64,000 bases of DNA from Escherichia coli. GTDB lineage: Bacteria > Pseudomonadota > Gammaproteobacteria > Enterobacterales > Enterobacteriaceae. The stretch is from the NCBI RefSeq assembly GCF_044647545.1, contig NZ_CP172818.1. The stretch is one strand, 5' to 3'. A program made the position numbers and the translations under genes. Shown piece by piece: positions 13,009 through 24,272 of this stretch; the first letter of the stretch is position 1, and each line of letters opens with the position of its first letter. Under the pieces are notes generated by a model, which was not told the origin of the DNA, did no database searches, and saw only the letters and a list, made by a program, of their open reading frames with translations.

Positions 13009-13887
13009 TTAATAACCTTTAATCATTTTCAGCAGATACTGACCATAAGCATTTTTTTTCAGAGGTTCAGCTAATACTTTCACCTGCTCAGCATCAACAA
13101 ACCCTTTACGGTAAGCAATTTCTTCCGGGCAGGAAACTTTCAGCCCCTGACGCTCTTCAATTGTTGCAATAAAGTTGCTTGCCTCAATCAGGCTCTGATG
13201 TGTCCCCGTGTCTAACCACGCATAACCACGCCCCATCATGGCAACAGATAAACGCCCTTGTTCCATATAGATACGGTTAATATCGGTAATTTCCAGTTCA
13301 CCGCGGGCAGAAGGCTTAAGATTTTTCGCCATTTCGACAACGTCGTTATCATAAAAATAAAGCCCGGTTACCGCATAATTACTTTTTGGTTGTAGCGGTT
13401 TTTCTTCCAGGCTGATCGCCGTACCGTTTTTATCAAACTCAACGACACCATAGCGTTCAGGATCATTAACGTGATAGGCAAATACCGTTGCACCACTTTC
13501 TTTGTTAACAGCGGCATCCATTAACTTAGGCAGGTCGTGACCGTAGAAGATATTATCACCAAGTACCAAAGCACAATCATCACCACCAATAAACTCTTCA
13601 CCGATAATAAATGCCTGCGCAAGACCATCCGGACTCGGTTGCACTTTGTACTGAAGATTCAGGCCCCACTGGCTACCGTCACCCAGCAGTTGTTGAAAAC
13701 GAGGAGTATCCTGTGGCGTACTAATAATCAGAATATCGCGAATACCCGCTAACATCAGTGTAGAAAGCGGATAATAGATCATCGGTTTATCATATATAGG
13801 TAATAGCTGTTTACTGACGACCATAGTCACAGGATAAAGACGAGTACCAGAACCACCCGCTAAAATAATACCTTTACGCGTTTTCAT
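13009..13887 (-). CDS. rfbA: Glucose-1-phosphate thymidylyltransferase
   Basis: 292-aa [24 protein letters not shown]...; nucleotidyltransferase signature. Confidence 0.9.
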   Translation of the reverse strand: MKTRKGIILAGGSGTRLYPVTMVVSKQLLPIYDKPMIYYPLSTLMLAGIRDILIISTPQDTPRFQQLLGDGSQWGLNLQYKVQPSPDGLAQAFIIGEEFIGGDDCALVLGDNIFYGHDLPKLMDAAVNKESGATVFAYHVNDPERYGVVEFDKNGTAISLEEKPLQPKSNYAVTGLYFYDNDVVEMAKNLKPSARGELEITDINRIYMEQGRLSVAMMGRGYAWLDTGTHQSLIEASNFIATIEERQGLKVSCPEEIAYRKGFVDAEQVKVLAEPLKKNAYGQYLLKMIKGY

Positions 13888-13944
13888 TTCATCATTCCTT
13901 TTAATTCATCTTGCTCCACCATCACGAACAAGATGCAAAAACTA

Positions 13945-14844
13945 TTAAATTGCTGTAGTCGTAAATAATTCGTTGAGCATGCGTTTCACACCAACCTGCC
14001 AGTCAGGCAATACAAGCGCAAAATTCTGCTGAAATTTTTCTGTATTAAGGCGAGAGTTATGTGGACGACGAGCTGGTGTAGGATAGGCAGTTGTTGGTAC
14101 TGCGTTGAGCTTGTTGAGTGCAAGAGGAATGCCTGCATTGCGCGCCTCTTCAAAAACCAGCGCAGCATAATCGTACCAGGTTGTGGTACCACTGGCTACC
14201 AAATGGTACAAGCCTGCGACATCCGGTTTATTCAGTGCGACACGAATGGCATGTGCCGTACAATCAGCCAGCAGTTCAGCACCTGTTGGCGCACCAAACT
14301 GATCATTAATAACGGCTAGTTCTTCACGCTCTTTTGCCAGACGCAACATCGTTTTGGCGAAATTATTTCCTTTACCTGCATAGACCCAGCTGGTACGGAA
14401 AATTAGGTGCTTCGCACAATGCTCTTGTAATGCTTTTTCTCCAGCTAACTTGGTTTCACCGTAAACATTTAGCGGTGCGGTTGCATCCATCTCCAGCCAT
14501 GGCGTGTCGCCATTTCCAGGGAATACGTAGTCAGTTGAGTAATGAATTACCCAAGCCCCAACTTCATTTGCCGCTTTTGCAATTGATTCAACGCTAGTCG
14601 CATTGAGTAATTGTGCAAATTCGGGTTCTGACTCAGCCTTATCTACTGCGGTGTGAGCCGCAGCATTAACAATAACATCAGGTCGAATTCTTTTGACTGT
14701 TTCAGCCACACCTTCAGGGTTACTAAAATCACCACAGTAATCAGTGGAGTGAACATCAAGAGCAATCAAATTACCCAGAGGTGCCAGAGCACGCTGTAGT
14801 TCCCAACCTACCTGCCCTGTTTTGCCAAAAAGGAGGATATTCAT
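13945..14844 (-). CDS. rfbD: dTDP-4-dehydrorhamnose reductase
   Basis: 299-aa [23 protein letters not shown]...; recognised as RfbD. Confidence 0.9.
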   Translation of the reverse strand: MNILLFGKTGQVGWELQRALAPLGNLIALDVHSTDYCGDFSNPEGVAETVKRIRPDVIVNAAAHTAVDKAESEPEFAQLLNATSVESIAKAANEVGAWVIHYSTDYVFPGNGDTPWLEMDATAPLNVYGETKLAGEKALQEHCAKHLIFRTSWVYAGKGNNFAKTMLRLAKEREELAVINDQFGAPTGAELLADCTAHAIRVALNKPDVAGLYHLVASGTTTWYDYAALVFEEARNAGIPLALNKLNAVPTTAYPTPARRPHNSRLNTEKFQQNFALVLPDWQVGVKRMLNELFTTTAI

Positions 14845-15929
14845 TACTGGCGGCCCTCATAGTTCTGTTCAATCCACGATTGATAGGCACCACTTTTCAC
14901 ATTATCAACCCATTTTGCATTAGCCAAATACCATTCCACCGTTTTACGAATCCCACTCTCAAACGTTTCCTGTGGTTTCCATCCCAATTCGCGACCAATC
15001 TTCTCAGCATCAATCGCATAACGGCGATCATGCCCTGGGCGATCAGCAACATAAGTAATTTGCTCACGATAAGATTTCTCTTTCGGGACTATCTCGTCCA
15101 ACAAATCACAAATAGTCAGCACAACATCGATGTTTTTCTTTTCGTTGTGTCCGCCAATGTTATAGGTTTCACCCGCTTGACCTTCAGTAACTACGGTATA
15201 TAACGCACGCGCATGATCTTCAACATACAGCCAGTCACGAATTTGATCCCCTTTGCCATAAATAGGTAATGCCTTACCTTCCAGAGCATTAAGAATTACT
15301 AGTGGAATCAATTTTTCCGGAAAGTGATAAGGACCGTAGTTATTCGAACAGTTAGTCACAATAGTCGGTAAACCATAGGTACGTTTCCACGCGCGGACTA
15401 AATGATCGCTGGATGCTTTTGATGCGGAATAAGGACTACTAGGCGCGTAAGCTGTCGTCTCAGTAAAGAGGGGTAATTGTTCTTTATTATTTACTTCGTC
15501 AGGATGAGGCAAATCACCATAGACTTCGTCAGTAGAAATATGATGAAAACGGAAGCTATTTTTCTTGTCGCCATCAAGAGCAGACCAGTAATTGCGAGCC
15601 GCTTCCAAAAGGACATAAGTACCAACAATATTGGTTTCAATAAATGCCGCAGGGCCTGTAATTGAACGATCCACATGGCTTTCAGCAGCCAGGTGCATCA
15701 CTGCATCCGGCTGATGCTGAGCAAAAATCCGCGCCATTGCAGCAGCATCGCAAATATCCGCATGTTCAAAAACATAGCGTTCAGAGTCAGAAACATCAGC
15801 AAGTGATTCCAGGTTTCCGGCGTACGTTAATTTATCGACATTAACAACACTATCCTGCGTATTATTTATAATGTGACGAACTACAGCAGAACCAATAAAT
15901 CCTGCGCCCCCAGTAACAAGTATCTTCAC
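14844..15929 (-). CDS. rfbB: dTDP-glucose 4,6-dehydratase
   Basis: 361-aa [23 protein letters not shown]...; SDR fold; first gene of the rfb operon. Confidence 0.9.
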   Translation of the reverse strand: MKILVTGGAGFIGSAVVRHIINNTQDSVVNVDKLTYAGNLESLADVSDSERYVFEHADICDAAAMARIFAQHQPDAVMHLAAESHVDRSITGPAAFIETNIVGTYVLLEAARNYWSALDGDKKNSFRFHHISTDEVYGDLPHPDEVNNKEQLPLFTETTAYAPSSPYSASKASSDHLVRAWKRTYGLPTIVTNCSNNYGPYHFPEKLIPLVILNALEGKALPIYGKGDQIRDWLYVEDHARALYTVVTEGQAGETYNIGGHNEKKNIDVVLTICDLLDEIVPKEKSYREQITYVADRPGHDRRYAIDAEKIGRELGWKPQETFESGIRKTVEWYLANAKWVDNVKSGAYQSWIEQNYEGRQ

Positions 15930-16004
15930 TTAATTTATTCCATATTACTTCAGAGCATGCTGTGAAATAAGCGGCTCTCAGTTTGATTAATAGAGGTATT
16001 AATG

Positions 16005-16043
16005 CACGCTACCGCCCCTGGCTTTACAGCTACCAGAGCACTG
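16005..16043 (-). promoter_or_regulatory. JUMPstart element with ops site (RfaH recruitment) in the rfb operon leader
   Basis: Minus strand reads cagtgctctggtagctgtaaagccaggggcggtagcgtg; ops GGCGGTAGCGTG at 16005-16016. Confidence 0.85.
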
Positions 16044-16301
16044 CATGCATTCCTACGATGTGACGAGCGTTACCCACTCGCGCTTAACTCGAAAAATTCA
16101 AGCGCTAATTGTCTTACCAATCCGCTCTGGAAACAAGGAAAATCCTGGAAAACTTTGACTAAAATCCTATTGCTAAGTCGTTGTTATTCTGATTGTTTAT
16201 ATAAAACAACGGCAGGAAAATTCGCAACAAATTACTTTCGCCGCTAATCTTCACTGCCGTTATAATTTTCTTATCAACCGTTACATCCGGTCAGATTTTC
16301 A

Positions 16302-17195
16302 TTATTCGCTTAACAGCTTCTCAATCCCTTTACGGAACTTCGCCCCTTCTTTGAGGTTGCGTAGTCCATACTTCACGAACGCTTGCATATAACCCATTTT
16401 TTTACCGCAGTCGTAGCTGTCGCCGGTCATCAGCATGGCATCAACGGACTGTTTTTTCGCCAGTTCGGCAATGGCATCAGTCAGCTGAATACGCCCCCAT
16501 GCACCAGGCTGAGTGCGTTCAAGTTCCGGCCAAATATCGGCAGAAAGCACATAGCGACCAACGGCCATGATGTCTGAGTCCAGCGTCTGCGGCTGATCCG
16601 GTTTTTCGATGAATTCAACAATGCGGCTGACTTTACCTTCGCGGTCCAGCGGCTCTTTGGTCTGGATGACAGAGTATTCAGAGAGGTCACCCGGCATACG
16701 TTTTGCCAGCACCTGGCTGCGGCCCGTTTCGTTGAAGCGCGCAATCATGGCAGCAAGGTTGTAGCGCAGCGGGTCGGCGCTGGCGTCGTCGATCACAACG
16801 TCTGGCAGCACCACGACAAATGGATTGTCACCAATGGCAGGTCGTGCACATAAAATGGAGTGGCCCAAACCTAAAGGTTCGCCCTGACGCACGTTCATAA
16901 TTGTCACGCCCGGCGGGCAAATGGACTGTACTTCCGCCAGCAGTTGACGCTTCACGCGCTGTTCAAGGAGAGATTCTAATTCATAAGAGGTGTCGAAGTG
17001 GTTTTCGACCGCGTTCTTGGAAGCGTGAGTTACCAGGAGGATTTCTTTGATCCCTGCAGCCACAATCTCGTCAACGATGTACTGAATCATTGGCTTGTCG
17101 ACGATCGGTAGCATCTCTTTGGGAATCGCCTTAGTGGCAGGCAACATATGCATCCCAAGACCCGCTACAGGAATAACTGCTTTTAAATTCGTCAT
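16302..17195 (-). CDS. galF: UTP-glucose-1-phosphate uridylyltransferase-like protein GalF, 297 aa
   Basis: ORF 16302-17207; start placed at [14 protein letters not shown] to match known length. Confidence 0.9.
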   Translation of the reverse strand: MTNLKAVIPVAGLGMHMLPATKAIPKEMLPIVDKPMIQYIVDEIVAAGIKEILLVTHASKNAVENHFDTSYELESLLEQRVKRQLLAEVQSICPPGVTIMNVRQGEPLGLGHSILCARPAIGDNPFVVVLPDVVIDDASADPLRYNLAAMIARFNETGRSQVLAKRMPGDLSEYSVIQTKEPLDREGKVSRIVEFIEKPDQPQTLDSDIMAVGRYVLSADIWPELERTQPGAWGRIQLTDAIAELAKKQSVDAMLMTGDSYDCGKKMGYMQAFVKYGLRNLKEGAKFRKGIEKLLSE

Positions 17196-17369
17196 TATTT
17201 CATCCACCTGTAAAATGGTTGCTGAATTATAGCTTGTTCGATTTTTTTCGCCAGCATCAATTACCCTGAATTGATTACTGAATTACTTGTGATGTTACGC
17301 CGCTTCGTTGTGGATTGCAGTAGCATTGTTCCTAAGTATGGCTCCATTTTTCCAGGAATGGTCGCAAAT

Positions 17370-18764
17370 CTACTCTCTCCGTTCCGGCAATCTAAAGTTA
17401 ATCTTTGCCACATTAACAATATGGTGATTAATCCTGTCGATATCGACGGAGCTTTGCCCTCTTTCATTCACCGCATGAACATTTGCAAGAGACAGCAGTG
17501 TTTCTTTTTTCGCCATAAACACGCCGCGAACGTCTTTGCGCATGTCGAAGTTCATGCTCAATGCGGGTCCAACTGAGGATTCCTGCATCACATTGATATT
17601 ACGCATAAAAAGATGTTGCGGTTTGTTGTGTAACTCCAGCGACGCACGCTTCATCTCAATGTTAGTCAGCGCCACAAAGGAGACAGCATTCCCGGCGGAG
17701 ATTTGAATGCCGTGCAATTTATAAGCAAGATGAGTATTATCCAGTTGAATATTATTCACCCGGAAATTCTGCGGTATCGAGAGATATTTGCCTTTAATTA
17801 CCCCATAGCCGATTAACATCCCGGCACTATTAATCATTTCAATATTATCAATCACAAAGTTGTCACAACCATAAATAGCAACTGTGGCGTTATCAATACC
17901 TGCTTTCTTACTGAAATCCGGCGTGATATTACGGGCTTTGATATTACGAATAACAAAATGTTTACCATTTTCAACATGGATCAGTTGCCGACAATCCGAT
18001 CCCGTGATATTCGCCACGACAAAGTTTTTCACTGCCTGGTCTTCCGGGTAGTTGTTATCATAAGTGCTTCCCGCAAGACCTATGCCAATGCCCCAGTTGA
18101 TTTTGCCGTTAGTACAGTTGATGCGCTCGATGACATGGTCAGATATCAAAATATCACGGTCGTTAATCGCCACGTTCCATTCAATAGCGTCGCCCTGTAA
18201 GTCACTGAACTTACAGTTGGTGATGTTGGCACCGATAATCTGATTATGAAATCCCTGGCGTAAGATGGCGTAATTAGCGTGGCTGACAGTGAGGTTATCG
18301 ATGGTCAGGTTGCGCATGACCCGTTTGTTTTTGCCGCCGATATAAATCTGCGTTACCGGACCAAAGCCGCTCATCGCCAGCCCTTTGATGGTGCAGTCAG
18401 AGCCGCGCACATCCAGGGTGATGTTATGCATACTGCCGCCCTCCTCCCCTGTCACCTGGCTGCCGTCCTGTAAGACAAATCGCCCTCTGCCGTTGCCGCG
18501 CAAGCTTCCAAGAATGTGTAACGTTTTACCGGGAGGGATAAAGATGCCGGTGTTGATATTGTCACAAACCAATCCGCCAGGCACGACAACCGTTTGCCCT
18601 TCGCTGAAGGCTTGTTTAAATGAGGCGATCCAGTCGTGAGGGTTGTAGTCGTTAATGTTTACGCTTTGTCGGGCGGATAGTGCGCGAGCGAAAGGGGTAT
18701 GAAGGAAGGCAAGCGCGGAGCTTGCCGTCAGGAAGGTGCGTCGGGAGAGTGTTTTAAATGGCAT
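17370..18764 (-). CDS. wcaM: Colanic acid biosynthesis protein WcaM
   Basis: 464-aa ORF with N-terminal signal-like sequence; last gene of the colanic acid operon. Confidence 0.9.
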   Translation of the reverse strand: MPFKTLSRRTFLTASSALAFLHTPFARALSARQSVNINDYNPHDWIASFKQAFSEGQTVVVPGGLVCDNINTGIFIPPGKTLHILGSLRGNGRGRFVLQDGSQVTGEEGGSMHNITLDVRGSDCTIKGLAMSGFGPVTQIYIGGKNKRVMRNLTIDNLTVSHANYAILRQGFHNQIIGANITNCKFSDLQGDAIEWNVAINDRDILISDHVIERINCTNGKINWGIGIGLAGSTYDNNYPEDQAVKNFVVANITGSDCRQLIHVENGKHFVIRNIKARNITPDFSKKAGIDNATVAIYGCDNFVIDNIEMINSAGMLIGYGVIKGKYLSIPQNFRVNNIQLDNTHLAYKLHGIQISAGNAVSFVALTNIEMKRASLELHNKPQHLFMRNINVMQESSVGPALSMNFDMRKDVRGVFMAKKETLLSLANVHAVNERGQSSVDIDRINHHIVNVAKINFRLPERRE

Positions 18765-18774
18765 ACGTTCTCCT

Positions 18775-19995
18775 CTATAAAGCCTGCAGCAAGCTGGCGA
18801 GTTCTCGATTAATCACCTGCTGGTTAAAATCGTGTTCGACTTTTTCGCGAGCACGTTTGACGACAGGAGCCAGTTCGTCGGTGTCCAGTTGGCTAAACGC
18901 CGCCAGTCGTTGCGCCAGTGCGCGAGCATCGTTCTCAGGCACCAGCCAGCCGGATTTATCGGCCTCCACCAGTTCCGGTATTCCGCTATGCAGAGTAGAA
19001 ACCACCGGAATGCCGACCGCCATCGCTTCCATTAGCGCCACCGGGATGCCTTCCATATCGCCGTCCGCACCCGTTACCGAAGGCAACAGGAAGACATCCG
19101 CGTCGTCGAGCATCGCCTTCACTTCGTGGCTTGGTTTAAAGCCCGGCATCTCCACCACATCTTCCAGTTGATATTGTTCGATGAGGGTGCGCAGGCGTCG
19201 TTCCCACGGGCCAATGCCGAGGATGCGATAGCGAAATGCCACGCCCTGCTCTTTCAACTGACGGCAGGCTTCGATCGCCACATGCAGGCCTTTTTTCTCG
19301 GTTAAGCGTGCGACGGAAATGATTTCCAGCGGCGTTGCGGGCGCTTTCACCGGACGCGGGCTAAAACGCGTCATGTCCACGCCCATGCGCGATACGGCGA
19401 TTTTTTCCCTCGGGCAGCCCATTTTTTGCAGCCTTCCGGCCCACAGATTGCTTATTGGTAACATCAGGTCGCCACGGCGAAACAGTTGTTGATATTCGGG
19501 AGTGTAGTGGTTGAGCACTTCCCGACTGGAGATATCAATACCGTGGAAGATAGTGGCAATTTTGCCGCGAATGACACCCAGTTCGCGTAGTTTTGCCGCG
19601 GTTACCCCAGCAGGGCCAAAATGAGCGATAAACACATCGGCATGAAACGGTGTTGCGACCTGGCCGCAAATGGCAGACAAAATCAGGTTCCGCGACTCGG
19701 CACCATAGCGTTTGAGGTTAAGCGCCTGCCAGGTATTTTTACGATGAATGCCGCGTAAGGTCTGACTGGCTCGGTGGCGCAGTTTCGCCACTTTGCCCGT
19801 AGGTTCGTCCTGTAACCAGCGGGTTCTGGCGGCAAGGTTGTATTTCGTCCATGCCGCGTGGGTGTTCTGGGTGTCGCCTTTTTGCAGCGCGAGAATCTCC
19901 ACCTCAAATCCCATATCAATAAACGCGGTAATTTGGTTAAGGACGAAGGTTTCTGAAGACAGCGGGAATTTCAGTAAAAAGAAGCCAACCTTCAT
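18775..19995 (-). CDS. wcaL: Colanic acid glycosyltransferase WcaL
   Basis: 406-aa ORF; GT4-type glycosyltransferase. Confidence 0.9.
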   Translation of the reverse strand: MKVGFFLLKFPLSSETFVLNQITAFIDMGFEVEILALQKGDTQNTHAAWTKYNLAARTRWLQDEPTGKVAKLRHRASQTLRGIHRKNTWQALNLKRYGAESRNLILSAICGQVATPFHADVFIAHFGPAGVTAAKLRELGVIRGKIATIFHGIDISSREVLNHYTPEYQQLFRRGDLMLPISNLWAGRLQKMGCPREKIAVSRMGVDMTRFSPRPVKAPATPLEIISVARLTEKKGLHVAIEACRQLKEQGVAFRYRILGIGPWERRLRTLIEQYQLEDVVEMPGFKPSHEVKAMLDDADVFLLPSVTGADGDMEGIPVALMEAMAVGIPVVSTLHSGIPELVEADKSGWLVPENDARALAQRLAAFSQLDTDELAPVVKRAREKVEHDFNQQVINRELASLLQAL

Positions 19996-21272
19996 TTCAC
20001 TTCCCCGATGCGTTCAAGCACAGATTGCACCATCTGCATTCCTGTCTGACGCTCACGACTGACGGCTTCGTTAAGTCGTGTATTCAGCGCAGGAAGCTGG
20101 CCTAAGGTATCCGCAACCATCGCTTGCAGGCTGCCGTCTAATAAATGACGGATATCAATTGCCATCTCTGGTAGCCCCAGTTGTTGCATAATCCCGGCGG
20201 ATTTATGTTCATAGTTGATGGCAATCGCTGGAGTGGCAAAGTTCATCGAGATAATGGCAGAGTGCAAGCGCGTACCGACGGTGAGTTCACAGGCCGCCAG
20301 AATTTTGCCCATTTCCAGATCATTGAGTTCATCCATCACTACGTGGTAACGGGCAGGATCGCTGATGTGCTGGCGCAGGTTGAGCGCCACCATGCGGTCG
20401 TCTTTGTTATAGCTGTCGATGCCCGTACAGGTGGAGAGCGCAATCACCTGATACCCTTCATCGAGAATGCGATTGACCACCCCGGCAAAGGCTTTTTCAT
20501 ACGCTTGTTGGGTGGTGCCGAGACGTTTGTCAAACGGTGCCAGTTCGCGCAGGGTAATGGCCACCGTTTTCTGTTGTGCGGCAACGTCCAGCCAGTGTTG
20601 AACGGCATAGCTGGCGGTGAAGTCTTCGGTGTGGTGATCGACCAGCCACGCGGTATCGACGCCATGTTCGACTTTTGCGGTGGTGATATTGCTGCGTTTC
20701 ATCAGTTCAAGGCTGACCGATTCGCGCAGGATCAGCGCGTCGCAGTGACCGAATACGTAGTTCACCAGTTGGTTAAATTGCTCATCCTGGAACGGGCCGA
20801 CGCTGTGACCAATCATAAACAGCGGCTTTTTCGCCATAAACGTGCAAAGCGCATGTTCAAACTGCGGAACGCCGTAGAGATCGACAAAAAACGATCCGCC
20901 GACCTGAATAATGGCGTCGTAACCTGACAGCAGGCGCACGAAGTCGGTGAATCCCTGGGCGATGGCGATATTACGCAGCTTGCCAGTGTCGGTGACGCGT
21001 GAGAGCAATACCTGGTGCTGGTAGCGGCGACGGAGAACTTTTTTAACGCGCCCAACCACGCCCGCCGCGCTGTTGTGTTGTTTCATTTGCAGGAACAGCG
21101 GATCGCCCATTACCGGACGGTTGAGCAGCCAGGAAGAACTGACCGGATAGCGACTCATCACGTCCACTTCGGCGTGTGGATTGAGGATGTTGATGGCATC
21201 AAGTAAGCCGCGCAAGATGGCGCTGTCGCCGCGATTGCCGCAAGTGTGGTTGCCCAGAATAAGTAATTTCAT
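19992..21272 (-). CDS. wcaK: Colanic acid pyruvyl transferase WcaK, 426 aa
   Basis: ORF 19992-21569; start placed at MKLLILGNHT (ATG 21270-21272) to match known length. Confidence 0.85.
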   Translation of the reverse strand: MKLLILGNHTCGNRGDSAILRGLLDAINILNPHAEVDVMSRYPVSSSWLLNRPVMGDPLFLQMKQHNSAAGVVGRVKKVLRRRYQHQVLLSRVTDTGKLRNIAIAQGFTDFVRLLSGYDAIIQVGGSFFVDLYGVPQFEHALCTFMAKKPLFMIGHSVGPFQDEQFNQLVNYVFGHCDALILRESVSLELMKRSNITTAKVEHGVDTAWLVDHHTEDFTASYAVQHWLDVAAQQKTVAITLRELAPFDKRLGTTQQAYEKAFAGVVNRILDEGYQVIALSTCTGIDSYNKDDRMVALNLRQHISDPARYHVVMDELNDLEMGKILAACELTVGTRLHSAIISMNFATPAIAINYEHKSAGIMQQLGLPEMAIDIRHLLDGSLQAMVADTLGQLPALNTRLNEAVSRERQTGMQMVQSVLERIGEVK

Positions 21273-21343
21273 TTTTTCCTCATAAATTTGATGCCAGGTG
21301 AGGCTATGTTTGTTGTGTTCGTTGCGGAACCGAAAACAGCCAT

Positions 21344-22822
21344 TCACCCCGCCCGTAAAAGCATTTTCATTTTTTCGCTGCGACAAAACTGACGCTTCAC
21401 TTCCACTACCAGCGGATGGCGTGACAGCACAATCATCACCACAAACGCCAGCACGCCTGCGGCTATTTGCACCGCCAGCAGCATCCCCAGCGCCAGTTGC
21501 CCTTTCAGCACAATGCCCAGCGCATAACTGACCGCCAGCGTCGGCAGCGAGAGATAAAACGGCAGCCATAAACTCAGGATGTACTGGCGATAACTGGAAC
21601 CGAGCACCGGTTTAATCATCACGAAATAGCTCAGAATGGTGTTGATAATCTGCACCAGCAGGAAGCCAAGCGTGACGCCGATTGCGCCCGCCATCTGCCC
21701 ACCAATAACAATCGCCGGAATAAACAGAAAGGTTTTGAATACGTTGAATTTAAAGCTGATATCGACCCGCGCTTTCGCCATCAGCAGCGAACCAATCGGG
21801 TTCCCCACTGAGCGCAGCAGCCCCACCACACACAGCAATTGCAGCACCGGAATAATGCTGTTCCACTTCTCACCAAAGACCAGCGGTACAAAGTTATTCG
21901 ACACCACCATCAGCCCCAGCAGCGCCGGAAAGTTGATAATCCCCACTACCGACAGCAGCTTGTAGAAGTTAACGCGCAGCTTTTCGGTGTCGTCCTGAAT
22001 TTTGGCAAATGCCGGAAACAACACGCGGGTGATGATTGGGTTCAGCTTCATCGGCGGCACAACGGCCACGTTGTACGCCAGGTTGTATCCCCCTGCCACG
22101 CCCGCGCCGAGAATACGCGCCAGCACCAGCGTTGAAAGGTTGGTATTGAGATAGTTGATGATGCTGTCCGCCGTCAGCCAGGCACCAAAGCGTAAGTTCG
22201 GTGCCACCGACGCCAGCGAGAAATGCAGACCGGGGCGATAAATTTTGCGACCAAAGTAGCCAAACAGCAGCGTTCTTACCGCACTATTGACCAGATAACC
22301 GAGGATCGCGGTCATCGCCAGTGGCCAGAAATGGGCGCTAACCACCGTAAAAGTGAAGCCCGCCAGCACCGCGCTGGTTTCGATCATGCCGATTTTGTTG
22401 AACTCCAGCTCTTTTTGCATCAACGCGCGGAACTGCTGCCCGTGGGGGATCACCACAAACGCCAGCGACAATGTTTTAATCAACGGTGCCAGGTCCGGGT
22501 TATTCAGCACGTCACCGATGAGATCACTCAACAAAAACACCGCCACGCACACCACAAGCCCCAGCCCAACGTTCAGCCAGTACAGCGTGGTGAGTTCAAG
22601 GTGGCTGATTTCTTTTCGCTGAATAATCGAGTTAGCGATACCGAAGTCAGAAAGTGTATCTGCCAACGCGATAATCACCAGCGACACAGTCAGCAAACCG
22701 AACTGGTGGTTGTCGATAATCCGCGCCAGCACGGTCATTTGCACCAGCCCGAGGCCGATGATGATCACCGTGGCAATCGCCGACCACTTCGCGCCGCTGA
22801 TGGTTTTTTCACGTAAGCTCAT
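21344..22822 (-). CDS. wzxC: Colanic acid repeat-unit flippase WzxC
   Basis: 492-aa multi-TM ORF; recognised as WzxC. Confidence 0.9.
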   Translation of the reverse strand: MSLREKTISGAKWSAIATVIIIGLGLVQMTVLARIIDNHQFGLLTVSLVIIALADTLSDFGIANSIIQRKEISHLELTTLYWLNVGLGLVVCVAVFLLSDLIGDVLNNPDLAPLIKTLSLAFVVIPHGQQFRALMQKELEFNKIGMIETSAVLAGFTFTVVSAHFWPLAMTAILGYLVNSAVRTLLFGYFGRKIYRPGLHFSLASVAPNLRFGAWLTADSIINYLNTNLSTLVLARILGAGVAGGYNLAYNVAVVPPMKLNPIITRVLFPAFAKIQDDTEKLRVNFYKLLSVVGIINFPALLGLMVVSNNFVPLVFGEKWNSIIPVLQLLCVVGLLRSVGNPIGSLLMAKARVDISFKFNVFKTFLFIPAIVIGGQMAGAIGVTLGFLLVQIINTILSYFVMIKPVLGSSYRQYILSLWLPFYLSLPTLAVSYALGIVLKGQLALGMLLAVQIAAGVLAFVVMIVLSRHPLVVEVKRQFCRSEKMKMLLRAG

Positions 22823-22823
22823 A

Positions 22824-24218
22824 TCAATATGCCGCTTTGTTAACGAAGCCCTTGAATACCGTCAGGAAAACGATTTTGATATCGAACCAGACGCTCCATT
22901 CGCGGATGTACTCAAGGTCGAACTCGACGCGTTTTTCCATTTTCTCCAGCGTGTCGGTTTCGCCGCGCCAGCCGTTAATCTGCGCCCAACCGGTAATGCC
23001 CGGTTTCACTTTATGGCGCAGCATGTAGCCTTCAATGAGCTGGCGATACTGTTCGTTATGCGCCACCGCGTGCGGACGTGGACCGACAATCGACATCCCC
23101 CCGGTCAGCACATTGATAAACTGCGGCAATTCATCCAGCGAGGTGCGGCGCAGAAAGTTCCCCACTTTGGTGACGCGCGGATCGTTCTGCGTCGCCTGGG
23201 TCACCACTTTGTCGTTCTCCATCACTTTCATCGAACGGAACTTCCACACTTTGATCGGCTTGCCATCCATGCCATAGCGAGTCTGGCGGAAAATAACCGG
23301 TCCTGGTGAACTGAGTTTTACCGCCAGCGCAATACAGCACAGCACCGGGGAGATCAGCAGCAGAATAAGCGTCGCCAGCACAATATCTTCCGCACGTTTT
23401 AGCAGGCGGTTAACCCCGGAAAGCGGCGTGTCATACAGCGGCACCACCGGTACGCCGTTCATCTCTTCGAGACGGGAATGGAGAATGTTGAAGGTAAAGA
23501 CATCGGGGATCAGCAGCACCGAACAGGTGGTGTCCGCCAGTTGATGGACCAGTTTTTTCACTCGCGCGCCGTCGCACATCTGCATCGCGATATAGACGTT
23601 ATGAATCTTGCCCGCTTTCGCATCCTCGACCAGTTGTTGCAGATTGCCCGCCCAGTCGTTAGAAACGCCGCCCGGTTTCGGGTCGTGGTAAACGCCCACC
23701 ACTTCAAACCCTAACCACGGCTGATTACGGAAGCTTTCCATCAGCATTTGTCCGGCGGCTAAATCCCCCGCTACGGCGACCATGCGTTTGTTATAGCCAT
23801 GATTACGCAGCCAGCCCGCCCCAATGCGAATACACGAACGGCAAACCACCAGTCCGATGCTGGTCAGTCCATACCACGCCAGCCAGATTTTCAGTTGCGT
23901 GTCGAAATCATTGTTAAACGCCACCAGTCCGGCGCTGAAAATCACGCTTAACGTCCAGTTTTGTAGCAACAGAGCAAATTCTGTCGATGCCCGAACACCG
24001 CGCCATGAGCGATAAAAATCGGTGATGCCGCCCAGCATCTGGAACACCACCAGCGTAATCAGCGCCACCAACAGGTGCATGTAGAGGAATGACAGTCCGC
24101 TCACTTCGCAAACCAGCCATAGTCCGGCAAACATGATGGTGATATCTGAAAAGCGTTGCACCATAGAGATTAACGATGCATTGGTTTTCGCTCGCTCGCG
24201 CTTTTTTAGATTTGTCAT
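22824..24218 (-). CDS. wcaJ: UDP-glucose:undecaprenyl-phosphate glucose-1-phosphate transferase WcaJ
   Basis: 464-aa ORF; N-terminal TM region and C-terminal sugar transferase domain. Confidence 0.9.
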   Translation of the reverse strand: MTNLKKRERAKTNASLISMVQRFSDITIMFAGLWLVCEVSGLSFLYMHLLVALITLVVFQMLGGITDFYRSWRGVRASTEFALLLQNWTLSVIFSAGLVAFNNDFDTQLKIWLAWYGLTSIGLVVCRSCIRIGAGWLRNHGYNKRMVAVAGDLAAGQMLMESFRNQPWLGFEVVGVYHDPKPGGVSNDWAGNLQQLVEDAKAGKIHNVYIAMQMCDGARVKKLVHQLADTTCSVLLIPDVFTFNILHSRLEEMNGVPVVPLYDTPLSGVNRLLKRAEDIVLATLILLLISPVLCCIALAVKLSSPGPVIFRQTRYGMDGKPIKVWKFRSMKVMENDKVVTQATQNDPRVTKVGNFLRRTSLDELPQFINVLTGGMSIVGPRPHAVAHNEQYRQLIEGYMLRHKVKPGITGWAQINGWRGETDTLEKMEKRVEFDLEYIREWSVWFDIKIVFLTVFKGFVNKAAY

Positions 24219-24272
24219 CGTTGTTCCTGTTTTTAACCCCTTACCCGCAGTGGGGTAAGGGAAGATCCGACA

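Noticed and set aside
16002-16247. 81-aa plus-strand ORF in the rfbB-galF spacer
   Set aside because: Spans the JUMPstart/ops leader of the rfb operon; more likely regulatory DNA than a gene
20181-20927. 248-aa plus-strand ORF
   Set aside because: Antisense to wcaK; shadow ORF
19992-21569. Extended N-terminal starts (wcaK 525 aa, cpsG 472 aa, wcaD 429 aa, wzc 732 aa, udk 234 aa, mdtA 464 aa, yegH 549 aa, wzzB 338 aa)
   Set aside because: Internal start codons give the known protein lengths and avoid long overlaps with upstream genes; the extensions have no recognisable protein character
22223-23309. Plus-strand ORFs of 197 and 199 aa
   Set aside because: Antisense to wzxC and wcaJ; His/Arg-rich low-complexity translations typical of shadow frames
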